Source: Candidatus Latescibacterota bacterium (GTDB lineage Bacteria > Latescibacterota > UBA2968). Taken from it: a stretch of DNA of 64,000 nt. The DNA is taken from positions 2,112,001 through 2,176,000 of the forward strand of contig OZ242195.1 in assembly GCA_965205975.1 (NCBI GenBank), written 5' to 3'. Below the pieces are notes generated by a model. It worked only from the letters and a program-made list of their open reading frames with translations. It was not told the origin of the DNA and ran no database searches. Shown in pieces: positions 9,553 through 19,766 of the stretch. The position numbers and the translations under genes are program-made. Every line of letters starts with the position of its first letter. Within the stretch, counting starts at the first letter, position 1.

Positions 9553-10383
9553 GTGAAAATCGGATACGGCACTTATGCAATGCAAACGGAAAACATCTTC
9601 GACGCGCTCCCGCGCCTGCGCGACACAGGTTACGAAGCCCTCGAAATCAACACGGGTGACGACTGGCCCACCGCCCCGCAAAAACTCGACACCGCTACCC
9701 GCGAAACACTTGTCAACACCATCCATGACCTCGGCTTTGAATCCCCCGTCACCATGGCTTTGATGCCCATCTGCACACAGGGTGATAGCCGTCCCGCCAT
9801 CCTCGAAAAATTTGACGATGCCTGTATCCTCGCCAGTGACCTCGCCTTCGGCGATGTTCCCGGCATCATCGTCAGCACACTCGGCGGACTGCACGGCACA
9901 TGGGACGAAGTCAAACACACCTATTGCGATCAACTCATCGAATTGGGCGACCGCGCCGCCAAACACAACGTCATCCTCGCAACCGAACCCCATGCGGGCC
10001 ACCCGCTCGACACCCCCCAAAAAGTCGATTGGCTCATGCGGCAAACCAATCACGACAACGTCAAAGTCAATTTCGACATGAGCCACTTTTACGTTGACGG
10101 TATCGATCTCCAGCCGAGCGTTGACCTATGTGCCCCTTACACCGTCTCCACCCACATCAAAGACGGCCATCGCGTCAACGGACAGGTGCGCTACCTCCTG
10201 CCCGGCGAAGGCGACTTCGACCTCGTCGCCTTTTTTAAAGCCGTCGCAGCCGCAGGCATCACCGTCCCAATCACCGTCGAAGTCACCGCGCAAATCTGGA
10301 GACAACCCGACTACGACCCCTGGCCCGTCGCCGAACAATGCTTCAGAGCCCTCGATAACGCGCGAAGAGACGCAGGTGTGTAA
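9553..10383 (+). CDS. Sugar-phosphate isomerase/epimerase (xylose-isomerase-like TIM barrel)
   Basis: ATEPH, NFDMSH, HIKD, PGEG, ITVE; AAGGAGG RBS before GTG. Confidence 0.85.
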   Translation: MKIGYGTYAMQTENIFDALPRLRDTGYEALEINTGDDWPTAPQKLDTATRETLVNTIHDLGFESPVTMALMPICTQGDSRPAILEKFDDACILASDLAFGDVPGIIVSTLGGLHGTWDEVKHTYCDQLIELGDRAAKHNVILATEPHAGHPLDTPQKVDWLMRQTNHDNVKVNFDMSHFYVDGIDLQPSVDLCAPYTVSTHIKDGHRVNGQVRYLLPGEGDFDLVAFFKAVAAAGITVPITVEVTAQIWRQPDYDPWPVAEQCFRALDNARRDAGV

Positions 10384-10482
10384 GAGATACGCCAGAATCC
10401 AAGCAGGGTATGGAAAACCTCAAAGGAATATGTTATTTTTGGGGCTTATATTCAATAATGCCGGTGGTTTTGAGGTGATTAT

Positions 10483-10674
10483 ATGGCGTTAATAGAAATT
10501 TTGTTTGTCTCTTTTGCTGTTGCGGTTATTTGGAATTGGTGGAGGGGCAAAGAAATAAGTTTCTCGAACATTCTCAAAGTGGGTGCTATCGTTTTTCTTG
10601 TACTATTTGTTTTGTGGACAATTTTTGTTGCGTTTTTTGTCGCGTCTGTGATGCCTCCATTTCCTACCTATTGA
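10483..10674 (+). CDS. Small two-TM membrane protein
   Basis: GAGG RBS; two hydrophobic segments; AT-rich. Confidence 0.55.
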   Translation: MALIEILFVSFAVAVIWNWWRGKEISFSNILKVGAIVFLVLFVLWTIFVAFFVASVMPPFPTY

Positions 10675-10710
10675 TCGCGTGGTGATTTCTTAAAATGAAA
10701 GGAGTTTTAC

Positions 10711-11322
10711 ATGAGACGGATTATCATTTTTTGTTTACTTGGTATATGTATTCCGTCAGAGTCTTTTGGAGAAGGAATTTTTGGACTCAAAAAAGGGATG
10801 ACGCTGAAAGAAATAAAAAAATTAGAGTTTGGATATATAAAACAACTTGAGGATGATCCCACTGTTTTTGGGGTTGAGCAACCCAAAAAGCCACAAGGCG
10901 CAGACTATGTGTATTTTGTAGTGATACCAGAAATGGGATTGATGAAAGTCCGTTTTTATTGGACGATAGAGGCTAATCCTTACGGGGATGAATTGAAAAG
11001 AAAATTTGACGACCTGAAAAGCATATTATCTGAAAAATATGGCGACGGGGAAAAAATTGATTATTTAAAATCAGATTCTATCTGGGACAACCCCCAATAT
11101 TATATGAGAAGTTTAAAAGATAACGAAAGAGAATTAGCTTGGCATTTAACAGGTTTTTCCGATTCAAATAAATGGGAACTTGAGTATGTCGGAATTGTGG
11201 CAGGGGCAGAAGAAAATCCAATGTTGTTTCTTACCAGAGGTCTTTTTGAAGGTTTTGTATATTTAGATTACGAGTTTCGAGGATTGAGAGATTATTGGGA
11301 TAGACAAAATTCACAGTTTTAA
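10711..11322 (+). CDS. Hypothetical secreted protein
   Basis: AAGGAG RBS; signal peptide; FGLKKGMT motif. Confidence 0.65.
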   Translation: MRRIIIFCLLGICIPSESFGEGIFGLKKGMTLKEIKKLEFGYIKQLEDDPTVFGVEQPKKPQGADYVYFVVIPEMGLMKVRFYWTIEANPYGDELKRKFDDLKSILSEKYGDGEKIDYLKSDSIWDNPQYYMRSLKDNERELAWHLTGFSDSNKWELEYVGIVAGAEENPMLFLTRGLFEGFVYLDYEFRGLRDYWDRQNSQF

Positions 11323-11442
11323 GTGATTAGTGCTAAAAAAAGCGTCGCAATTTTGTCTGTAAATTTCCTCGGCACTATTGAATATAATCTCCTTATTTTT
11401 AGATAAACGAATGATCTGACCTTACTCTTGGAGAAAAACGCC

Positions 11443-12849
11443 ATGCAATCTGCCAATGGCTCAAAATCGACACCCGTGACATTTCGGTTCAAAAATATAG
11501 GTCCTGTAAAAGAGGCCGAAATGGAACTGGGCGATCTCACGATCATTGCTGGCCGTAATAACACCGGCAAAACGTATTTGGCATATACGCTTTATGGCTT
11601 CTTGAAAATGTGGCGAGAATGGGCAGATCTATCATCTACCCCATCTGTCAATATGCCAGCTCCAAACTTTGAGCAACTCATCGAAACAGTCATCACAACG
11701 GGCAAGGCAAAACGTTCGATAGATAGAGAATCGTTCAACACGGAGCGAGCGGCAGTAATCCAAGTGCTGGCAAAGGATTTCTCTAACGATGTTTTGTCAG
11801 ATGTGTTTAGTTCTGCAAAAATCGCTTTTGAAGACGCATCTCTCGAAATTGTGCTGAACGATGCGTTTCCCGTGGAAATTCTGCCTCAGAAAGAGGGTAA
11901 TTTTTCTGTTGCCTATGACGGAAGCAATATTGTCATGGAACAAGACCCCATCTCGCTAAATGACTCCTTGTTTCAAACGCTATCTCGGATTTATAAACTT
12001 TACTTGTCGTTCTTATTTCCTGAGCTTCCTACGCCATTTATTCTCTCAGCCGAACGTTTCGGCATCTCGCTTTTCTACAAGGAACTCGACTTTACCAGAA
12101 ACCAATTGGTAAATTTACTACAAAAGATGGGAGACAAGGACAATCGAAATCGCTTTGCTTCATTTCTCATTGACGAAACAACCAGTCGCTATGCTCTTCC
12201 CATAAAGGACAATATCAACTACACCAGAAGCATAGGTGATTTCCGCACGCAAAAAAGTGCGATTTATGAAGATAAATTATTCAACGACATAAAGAATATG
12301 ATGGAAGGCTACTATACAAGCTCTGACGACGTTATCGAATTCAGGTCAAAAGCACGCGGAAAACGCAGATTCCACATACCATTGCACATCGCCTCATCTT
12401 CAGCGCGTGGTCTGTCTGACCTATACTTCTACCTTCGTCATGTCGCAGAGAAAAATCATCTTCTCATCATTGACGAGCCAGAAAGTCATCTCGATACAAC
12501 CAATCAGATACTGTTGGCACGCTTACTGGCACGGTTTGTTCATGCTGGCTTAAAAGTTCTGATAACCACGCACAGCGACTATCTCATCAAAGAGATCAAT
12601 AACCTCATCATGTTGAGCAAACCTTTTGACAACAAAGAGGAGGTCGTTCAGAAACTCGGATACAAAGAGAACGATTTACTTGAATCAGATTCCGTCCGGG
12701 CGTACGTCGCAGAAGGAGATGGCTTAAGCAAGTGCGAAGTGGATGACTTTGGCATAGATATGCCAGTCTTCGACGAGACCATCGACAAAATCAATCGCGT
12801 ATCAAATGAACTCGCAACACGACTGACGGCGGAGGATGGAAAAACGTAA
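11443..12849 (+). CDS. ABC-type AAA ATPase (AAA_15/AAA_21-like), candidate defence sensor
   Basis: KNIGP, Walker A GRNNTGKT, AER, SSSARGL, Walker B LLIIDEPESHL, ITTHSDY. Confidence 0.85.
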   Translation: MQSANGSKSTPVTFRFKNIGPVKEAEMELGDLTIIAGRNNTGKTYLAYTLYGFLKMWREWADLSSTPSVNMPAPNFEQLIETVITTGKAKRSIDRESFNTERAAVIQVLAKDFSNDVLSDVFSSAKIAFEDASLEIVLNDAFPVEILPQKEGNFSVAYDGSNIVMEQDPISLNDSLFQTLSRIYKLYLSFLFPELPTPFILSAERFGISLFYKELDFTRNQLVNLLQKMGDKDNRNRFASFLIDETTSRYALPIKDNINYTRSIGDFRTQKSAIYEDKLFNDIKNMMEGYYTSSDDVIEFRSKARGKRRFHIPLHIASSSARGLSDLYFYLRHVAEKNHLLIIDEPESHLDTTNQILLARLLARFVHAGLKVLITTHSDYLIKEINNLIMLSKPFDNKEEVVQKLGYKENDLLESDSVRAYVAEGDGLSKCEVDDFGIDMPVFDETIDKINRVSNELATRLTAEDGKT

Positions 12850-13387
12850 AATGTCTCTAAACTCGATATTGGAAAAGGTTTTGAAGGAAGATGCGCTACT
12901 AAAAAAAAGAAATGATGATTTAATTCTCCGAGAGCGTCAAGCGAATATGATTGTTCAAGTCGTCGGTGCTCCCGTGCTCGTCACCGCGATACGCCTGAAC
13001 AAATTTAGCCACTTTTCGGTTTTGAAGAACGACAATTCTCGGACAACAAAATGCGACTATCTATTAATCGTTGAATTGGACGGTACCATCCACGCCATTT
13101 TTATAGAAATGAAAAAGACCTTTACACAAGAAAATGAACCAAGAGAACAGCTACGACGATCGCGGCCTTTTCTGGCTTACCTTCTTTCTGTCTGCGAAAT
13201 TGAAAACGAGTTTATCCTTGATCCAAAACCCATCGAAAAATACGTTATTATCGCAGAAAAATTCAGCGAGAGATTCGATAAACAGCGAGTGAAGCCAAAC
13301 AACATTCCTACAGAACACTACAAGGGAATAGAAATAAGAAACATAGTAAAAACCACCGTCTCTCTTGCCGACTTGACAAATAGCTAA
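12836..13387 (+). CDS. Hypothetical protein, PD-(D/E)xK nuclease-like partner of the ATPase
   Basis: KCDYLLI...FIEMKK...EQL motif; overlaps the ATPase stop. Confidence 0.6.
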   Translation: MEKRKMSLNSILEKVLKEDALLKKRNDDLILRERQANMIVQVVGAPVLVTAIRLNKFSHFSVLKNDNSRTTKCDYLLIVELDGTIHAIFIEMKKTFTQENEPREQLRRSRPFLAYLLSVCEIENEFILDPKPIEKYVIIAEKFSERFDKQRVKPNNIPTEHYKGIEIRNIVKTTVSLADLTNS

Positions 13388-13448
13388 ATCTGAGCAGGTT
13401 TACTCGAAGACCTGACCCAGAATGGGTTGTTGAATAAGGAGAGCCATA

Positions 13449-14429
13449 GTGAATTACTGGCAGATCGCAACAGGAGCCGAAGGCCGCGACTATGCTGAAT
13501 ATATGCTACAATATGGCATTGCTCTTGTTGGAGGAGAGGAATACATAGACACAATACAGAAGGTGCAGCCTGGTGATGTTGTGATTTTAAAAAAGGGCAA
13601 CACACAAATTGTAGCAACTGGACATGCAGTTGAGCGGAATGGCGTCTGTTCTGGAAAAAGAGAGAGTCGTGATTTTGATGGGTGGGATCTTGGCGGTTAC
13701 TGTTATGTCAATTGGCATGGACCTCATCCACCTATTGCTGCTGGAGGACTGGCAAGACAGACGATTTGCAGGGTTGGCAATAACAATCTCCCCCCAAGGA
13801 ATCAAGCAGATAAAATAATGAATATGTATAATGTCAATGAAGCATACGATCCAGAGCCTTTTATCCAGCAAATTGATGACGAGCAAATCCTTAATTTTCT
13901 GATTAGAGAGGGATTTCGGCCTGGTGCGGCCGAAGATTTGACAGAAGCTTTCAGTCGAATTCGACGATTGGCTCGCTATTATATAGATCAACCTAGAGAT
14001 CAACCTTGGGAAAATATTCGCGAGCACGAAACCCGAACTTTTTTGGTAATCCCACTGCTTCTGGCTTTAGGTTGGGCGGAACAGCAGATAAAGATTGAGT
14101 ATCCTGTAGGACGAAAAAAAGCTGATATTGTCTGCTTTTCTCGACCCTATTTCCAACCTGATAAACAATGCGAGATTGTAATTGAAACTAAAGATTTCAA
14201 GACAGGGCTGGATGATGCACTTGATCAAGCCATAGAGTACGCGGAGATACTTGGTAGTAATATCGTCGTTTTAACAAATGGATATTGCTATAAAATTTAT
14301 GGTCGCGACGATCCGAATGGAGAATTTATGCCCCATGCCTATCTGAATATTTTTTCTCCTACAGACTGTTATCCCCGAGATGAAAAAATAAAAGGAGCAC
14401 TTGAAGTGTTCCGACTACTTCTTCCATAG
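13449..14429 (+). CDS. HsdR_N-like restriction nuclease domain with an N-terminal putative DNA-recognition (PUA/EVE-like) domain
   Basis: E.ETR...VIPLL.ALGW, IKIEY, ADIV, VIETK, QAIEYA, VLTNG; N-terminal YWQIATG, GDVVILKKG. Confidence 0.75.
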   Translation: MNYWQIATGAEGRDYAEYMLQYGIALVGGEEYIDTIQKVQPGDVVILKKGNTQIVATGHAVERNGVCSGKRESRDFDGWDLGGYCYVNWHGPHPPIAAGGLARQTICRVGNNNLPPRNQADKIMNMYNVNEAYDPEPFIQQIDDEQILNFLIREGFRPGAAEDLTEAFSRIRRLARYYIDQPRDQPWENIREHETRTFLVIPLLLALGWAEQQIKIEYPVGRKKADIVCFSRPYFQPDKQCEIVIETKDFKTGLDDALDQAIEYAEILGSNIVVLTNGYCYKIYGRDDPNGEFMPHAYLNIFSPTDCYPRDEKIKGALEVFRLLLP

Positions 14430-14459
14430 ATGTCAAACAGATCCATATTTTAATTTTTC

Positions 14460-15887
14460 ATGCCCTACAACATCCTCCTCATCCTGACCGATCAACAGCG
14501 CTGGGACTCGCTCGGTTGTTGCGGTATAGGCGGCGTACACACCCCCAACCTCGACCGCCTTGCCAGTGAAGGCACGCGCTACGACCAGTGCTATGTCAAC
14601 AATCCGATATGCACGCCCAGTCGCGCCAGCCTCTGGACCGGCAAACACCTGCCCGGTCACGGCGTCTATCGCCTGCACGATGTTCTACCCCAGGATGAAA
14701 TCCTCTTTCCCCATCACCTGCGCGAAGCCGGATACGACACCGCGCTCTTTGGCAAACTCCACGTTGCCGGTCACATGTGGGAAATGCAATACCGCCACCG
14801 CTTCGACGGCTTCAACACCTATGAATGGGCACCCGACCCCAATGGGTATCGCGGATGCGACACCGCGTACTTCCGCTGGCTTGCAGTACATCACCCCGAC
14901 ATTCTCCAGCGCTGGAAACGCGACGGCAACCGCATCGGCCATGTGCGCGCCGAAGCCCACTTCACCACCTGGGCCGCCGACCGCACCACCGACTATCTCC
15001 ACCGCATGCAGGGCACACATCAGCCCTTCTTCTGTTGCATGAGCGTCTTTGATCCCCACAGCCCCTATACAAATTATCCCAAAGAATACGCTGACTATCT
15101 CGACATCAATGCCCTGCCCGAACCTTTTGCCGTAGATGAATCCTTCGATCACCGCCCAATCGCACACTGGCGAGAGCATAACGGGCGATCTTTCCCCTCA
15201 ACGGACACCCTGCGCGAAAGCCGCATCGGCTACCACGCTGCCATCACCCTCATCGACGAACAAATCGGGCGCGTCTTGCAAACACTCGACGACACAAATT
15301 TTGCGGACAACACCATCGTCATCTTTGCCAGCGACCACGGCGACATGCTCGGCGATCACGGCCTCACCGTCAAAGGCGCGTACATGTACGACACCTGCAC
15401 CCGGGTGCCCATGATCATCCGCGTGCCAGGCGAACCCGGCGGTCAAATCATCGACGCCCCCTGCCAACTTCACGACATTGCTCCAACCGCACTCGCCATC
15501 GCTGGATGCGAACAACCCGACCTCATGCCCGACGCATGCGACCTCCTGGACACCAACGCCTTGCAACAACGCGGCTATGCCGTCTGCATGCACCGCAACT
15601 CGAGCACCACCCGCGGAGGCTATCACAACCCGGAATTGCACATCACCATGTGGCGAGAAGACCGCTACAAACTCAGCATCTACCACGCGCCACAACCCGG
15701 ACCCGACGATTGCCCCGGCGAACTCTTTGACCTGGAAACAGACCCCGACGAAATGAACAACCTCTGGTTCGACGCCGACATGTCCGACACCCGCGACCAA
15801 CTCATCCACAAACTCACGACTTTTCTCGTACAACAAGATGCACAGGGACGCGCGCGAGGTAGCGAAGCCCTGCCGCCGGGATTTTAG
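14460..15887 (+). CDS. Formylglycine-dependent (Cys-type) sulfatase
   Basis: TDQQR, canonical CTPSRASLWTG, GKLH, DPHSP, SDHGD. Confidence 0.92.
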   Translation: MPYNILLILTDQQRWDSLGCCGIGGVHTPNLDRLASEGTRYDQCYVNNPICTPSRASLWTGKHLPGHGVYRLHDVLPQDEILFPHHLREAGYDTALFGKLHVAGHMWEMQYRHRFDGFNTYEWAPDPNGYRGCDTAYFRWLAVHHPDILQRWKRDGNRIGHVRAEAHFTTWAADRTTDYLHRMQGTHQPFFCCMSVFDPHSPYTNYPKEYADYLDINALPEPFAVDESFDHRPIAHWREHNGRSFPSTDTLRESRIGYHAAITLIDEQIGRVLQTLDDTNFADNTIVIFASDHGDMLGDHGLTVKGAYMYDTCTRVPMIIRVPGEPGGQIIDAPCQLHDIAPTALAIAGCEQPDLMPDACDLLDTNALQQRGYAVCMHRNSSTTRGGYHNPELHITMWREDRYKLSIYHAPQPGPDDCPGELFDLETDPDEMNNLWFDADMSDTRDQLIHKLTTFLVQQDAQGRARGSEALPPGF

Positions 15888-15898
15888 AAAGAACGCTC

Positions 15899-17062
15899 AT
15901 GACAAAAACCATCATCATGCCCAAATATGGGCTTCAGCAAGACAATGGCACCGTCGTTGAATGGCGCGTCAAAGAAGGCGACCACGTCAACAAGGGCGAC
16001 ATCCTCCTCGACCTGGAAACAGACAAAGCCCTCTTTGAATACGAATCGCCCGAAAGTGGTTACGTCCGCAAACTCGTCGCCCAAAACGGCGAAGAAGTGC
16101 CAGTGCTCTCGGTCATTGCCATCATCACCGACGAAGCCGACGAAGCCATTGAAGATCAAGCACCTGCCAGCACTGACGCCCCCACAGAGGAACCGCGCCA
16201 AATAGCGGACACCGCAGAGCGAGAACCCGTGCTGGAAGCCCCCACCCAGCGCATCAAACGCTCTCCTGCTGCCCGCCGCCGCGCCCGCGAACTCAAAATT
16301 GACCTCGCCAACATCGCAGGTACTGGTCCCGGTGGTCGCATCGTACTCGCCGATGTCGAACTCGCGGCATCTGCGGCACCATCTTCCACCACACTATCGC
16401 GCATGCGCCAGGCCATTGGCAGAACCATGGCCTATAGCAAAAGCACCATCCCGCACTTCTACGTTGCCACTGAAATAGACATGACCGACGCGGAAATCTG
16501 GCGCAAAAACCTCGCTGAAACCGACGCCATCAAGCTCTCTGTCACCGACCTCTTTGTCAAAGCCGCTGCCGATGCCCTCACCCAATACCCGGCACTCAAC
16601 GCCAGCCTTGACGGAGATACCGCCGTTATCGTACACGACACAGTCGATATCGGCCTTGCCGTTGGCACCGACGACGGCCTCGTCGTCCCGGTCATTCCAA
16701 ATGCCGATCAGGCATTTCTGACCGATCTCGCCGACGAACGCACCCAGCGCGTCGAAGAAGCCAGACAGGGCAAAATGCGCGGCGATGCCAGTGCCACCTT
16801 CACCATCTCGAACCTGGGGATGTACGGTATCACATCTTTCACTGCCATCGTCAATCCCCCCGAAGCCGCCATCTTAGCCGTCGGTGCAGCCATCGCTCGC
16901 GTTGTCCCCATCGGCGATACCATGACCATCGCCGTTCGCCAAATCGCTGAAGTCACACTCTCCGCTGACCACCGCCTCGTCGATGGCGTGGTTGCGGCTC
17001 AATTTTTACAGGCACTAAAACAAAATCTTGAAGACACAAACAAATTGGAAAGCTGGTTGTAA
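15899..17062 (+). CDS. Dihydrolipoamide acyltransferase E2 (acetoin/2-oxoacid dehydrogenase)
   Basis: Lipoyl ETDKA, E3-binding SPAARR..GTGPGGRI, catalytic ADHRLVDG. Confidence 0.92.
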   Translation: MTKTIIMPKYGLQQDNGTVVEWRVKEGDHVNKGDILLDLETDKALFEYESPESGYVRKLVAQNGEEVPVLSVIAIITDEADEAIEDQAPASTDAPTEEPRQIADTAEREPVLEAPTQRIKRSPAARRRARELKIDLANIAGTGPGGRIVLADVELAASAAPSSTTLSRMRQAIGRTMAYSKSTIPHFYVATEIDMTDAEIWRKNLAETDAIKLSVTDLFVKAAADALTQYPALNASLDGDTAVIVHDTVDIGLAVGTDDGLVVPVIPNADQAFLTDLADERTQRVEEARQGKMRGDASATFTISNLGMYGITSFTAIVNPPEAAILAVGAAIARVVPIGDTMTIAVRQIAEVTLSADHRLVDGVVAAQFLQALKQNLEDTNKLESWL

Positions 17063-17074
17063 AAAGGAGCCTTT

Positions 17075-18037
17075 ATGTCCCTACCCTCTGAAATCCTGAT
17101 CAAAATGTACCGCGCCATGCTCCGCATCCGCCGTTTTGAAGAACAAATCTGGGAAGTCTATACCGGCGGCCTCATGCACGGACTGGCACACCTCTACATC
17201 GGCGAAGAAGCCGTTGCCGTGGGCGTTTGCGCTGCGCTGCGCGACGACGACTTCATCACCAGCACCCATCGCGGACACGGGCACTGCGTTGCCAAAGGCG
17301 GGAACCTCGAAGCCATGATGGCTGAAGTGATGGGCCGCGTCACGGGCCACTGCCGCGGAAAAGGCGGCTCCATGCACATTGCCGACATGTCCGTTGGTAT
17401 CCTCGGCGCAAATGGCATTGTCGGCGGTGGATTTGGCATTGCCACAGGCGCGGCACTCTCAGCCCAAAAACGCGGCACCGACCAGGTTGCCGTCTGCTTC
17501 TTTGGCGACGGCGCCTCCAATCAGGGTATCTTCTTCGAAGTCATGAACTTCGCCGCAATATGGAAACTCCCGGTCATCTACGTCTGCGAAAACAACCACT
17601 ACGGCGAATACACCCCCACCGGAAACGTCACCGCGGGCAAAAGCATCGCGGATCGCTCCCTGCCCTTCGGCATTCCCAGCACAACCGTAGATGGCAGCGA
17701 CGCCATTGCCGTGTACGAAGCCACTGCTGAAGCAGTCGAACGCGCCAGAAAGGGCGACGGCGCCACGCTCATCGAATGCGACACGTACCGCTATCGCGGG
17801 CACCACGTTGGCGATCCCGGAGAAGGCTATCGATCAAAAGAAGAAATCGAATCCTGGATGGCCAAAGACCCCATCCAGTTGCTTCGCACAAAAATCTTAG
17901 ACGACAACATCGCCTCTGGAGCCGAACTCGATGCGGAAGAGCGCGAAGTCGAAAAAGAAATGGAAAACGCGCTCGAAGCTGCCAAAGCCGCGCCTTATCC
18001 CGATGTCGAGGAGGTCCATCAACATGTCTATGCGTGA
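17075..18037 (+). CDS. TPP-dependent dehydrogenase E1 alpha (AcoA/PdhA-like)
   Basis: STHRGHGH, GKGGSMH, GDGA...ENN, TYRYRGH. Confidence 0.92.
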   Translation: MSLPSEILIKMYRAMLRIRRFEEQIWEVYTGGLMHGLAHLYIGEEAVAVGVCAALRDDDFITSTHRGHGHCVAKGGNLEAMMAEVMGRVTGHCRGKGGSMHIADMSVGILGANGIVGGGFGIATGAALSAQKRGTDQVAVCFFGDGASNQGIFFEVMNFAAIWKLPVIYVCENNHYGEYTPTGNVTAGKSIADRSLPFGIPSTTVDGSDAIAVYEATAEAVERARKGDGATLIECDTYRYRGHHVGDPGEGYRSKEEIESWMAKDPIQLLRTKILDDNIASGAELDAEEREVEKEMENALEAAKAAPYPDVEEVHQHVYA

Positions 18038-19001
18038 AATGACTTATGGCGAAGCCGTCAAAGAAGCCATCGCCGAAGAAATGCGCCGCGATCCCACGGT
18101 CTTTCTCATGGGCGAAGACGTCGGCAAAGCGGGCACGGTCTTCAAAGTCCTCCTCGGTTTGCACGACGAATTTGGCGACGATCGCGTCATCGACACACCC
18201 ATTGCAGAAGCGGGTCTCGTCGGCCTCGGCGTCGGTGCTGCGCTTACCGGCTCGCGTCCCATTGTCGATATCATGTTTGGCGACTTCATCACCCTGGCAA
18301 TGGACCAGATCGTAAACCAGGCCGCTAAACTGCGCTACATGTCCGGTGGTCAGGCCATTGTGCCCATCACCATCCGCTCCACAATGGGCGCGGGACGTTC
18401 CTCTGCCGCACAGCATTCGCAGAGCCTGCACGCCTGGCTCGCACACATCCCCGGCCTCAAAGTCGCCATCCCCTCCACACCCGCCGACGCCAAGGGCCTC
18501 TTCAAAACCGCCGTTAGAGACGACAACCCCGTCGTCATTTACGAGGACAAAATGATGTACGCCCTCAAAGGCATGGTCCCCACCGAAGAAGACTACACCA
18601 TACCCTTTGGACAGGCCGACATCAAACGCGAAGGCGACGATGTCACCCTCATCGCCACATCGAGCATGGTCCACGTCGCCCTCGAAGCTGCCGACACACT
18701 TGCCGAACAGGGTATAAGTGCCGAAGTCGTTGACCCGCGCACCCTCGTTCCCCTCGATAGCGAAACCCTCATCGAATCCGTGGTCAAAACCACCCGTGCC
18801 GTCATCATCGACGAAGGCTATAAAAATTTTGGTATCACAGGAGAAATCGCCTCCATCGTCTATAACGGCGCCTTTGACTACATCGACGCGCCCATTGTCC
18901 GCCTCGGCGCAATGGACGTCCCCGTACCGTTTAGCAAACCCCTCGAAGACGCCACAATCCCCACGCCCGAAGATGTGATCAAAGCCGTGCAGGACATGTA
19001 A
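18024..19001 (+). CDS. TPP-dependent dehydrogenase E1 beta (AcoB/PdhB-like)
   Basis: GEDV, DTPIAE, AQHSQ, DPRTLVPLD; GAGGAGG RBS. Confidence 0.92.
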   Translation: MSMREMTYGEAVKEAIAEEMRRDPTVFLMGEDVGKAGTVFKVLLGLHDEFGDDRVIDTPIAEAGLVGLGVGAALTGSRPIVDIMFGDFITLAMDQIVNQAAKLRYMSGGQAIVPITIRSTMGAGRSSAAQHSQSLHAWLAHIPGLKVAIPSTPADAKGLFKTAVRDDNPVVIYEDKMMYALKGMVPTEEDYTIPFGQADIKREGDDVTLIATSSMVHVALEAADTLAEQGISAEVVDPRTLVPLDSETLIESVVKTTRAVIIDEGYKNFGITGEIASIVYNGAFDYIDAPIVRLGAMDVPVPFSKPLEDATIPTPEDVIKAVQDM

Positions 19002-19010
19002 ATCATCCGC

Positions 19011-19065
19011 GGATGAACGCAGATAAACGCAGATGAATTTTAGGGGCAGTGCCTCGTGCCTGCCC
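19011..19065 (+). repeat. 10-mer tandem repeat (GATRAACGCA) plus REP-like palindrome
   Basis: ggatgaacgc-agataaacgc-agatgaa, then taggggcagtgcctcgtgcctgccc. Confidence 0.6.
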
Positions 19066-19081
19066 GTTCATCGAAAAAAAT

Positions 19082-19107
19082 AAGCCCGGCGATCTGCCGG
19101 GCTTTTG
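19082..19107 (+). terminator. Terminator-like hairpin, possibly bidirectional
   Basis: A-run, aagcccggc-gatct-gccgggct, then tttt. Confidence 0.7.
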
Positions 19108-19391
19108 TATCTATCCATGCTATCCACGCGCCAATTCAATCGTATAATTGCCGAACTCCCATGCACCTATTTTATACAGATAGGCGCATGGGGATGTTAT
19201 TTAGAAGGGTTAGAATGGGTTAAAAAGGGGTTGCTGTTGTGTCACCGTGCCAGTATCTTTTTAGAGTACTGAGCGAGATTACCAGGAAAAGTACTTAGAG
19301 AAGGAGTACATTTCCGGTGAAGCCGGACAGACACCCACATATCTGTCCAGCAGGCAAAATCTTGCAAAAAACCCACAGGAGGAGTGTTCCC

Positions 19392-19766
19392 ATGTCCGTT
19401 TTAGAACAATCGACCTCACAGGAAAAGAAAAAAAAATGGTCAAAAAAATGGTCCATTGGTCAATCGTGGTTTGGGTGGGCTAAATACTTTCGCAAGGCAA
19501 TAACAATAAAGATAAAATATAGATACTGGCGTTCTGATTTTTTGTTTGTTGGATTCCTTGAAGACTATCCAGATTATTGGACGCAAGGCGAAACCCTTCA
19601 AGAATTGAAAGAACATCTGGTTGATATTTACATGGAAGTTAATAATCCTGAGTCTCTCGGAGCTAATAGTGTTCATGATAAACTCCCGAATGATGACGTT
19701 CCCTCAGCACACAAGACTGATGCACTGGTACTGACACTCAGAGTGCAGGTGCATGAAAAGAGTTGA
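19392..19766 (+). CDS. hicB: HicB-like antitoxin (partial RNase H fold)
   Basis: FVGFLEDYPDYWTQGETLQELKEHL.DIY; AGGAGG RBS; overlaps hicA. Confidence 0.75.
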   Translation: MSVLEQSTSQEKKKKWSKKWSIGQSWFGWAKYFRKAITIKIKYRYWRSDFLFVGFLEDYPDYWTQGETLQELKEHLVDIYMEVNNPESLGANSVHDKLPNDDVPSAHKTDALVLTLRVQVHEKS

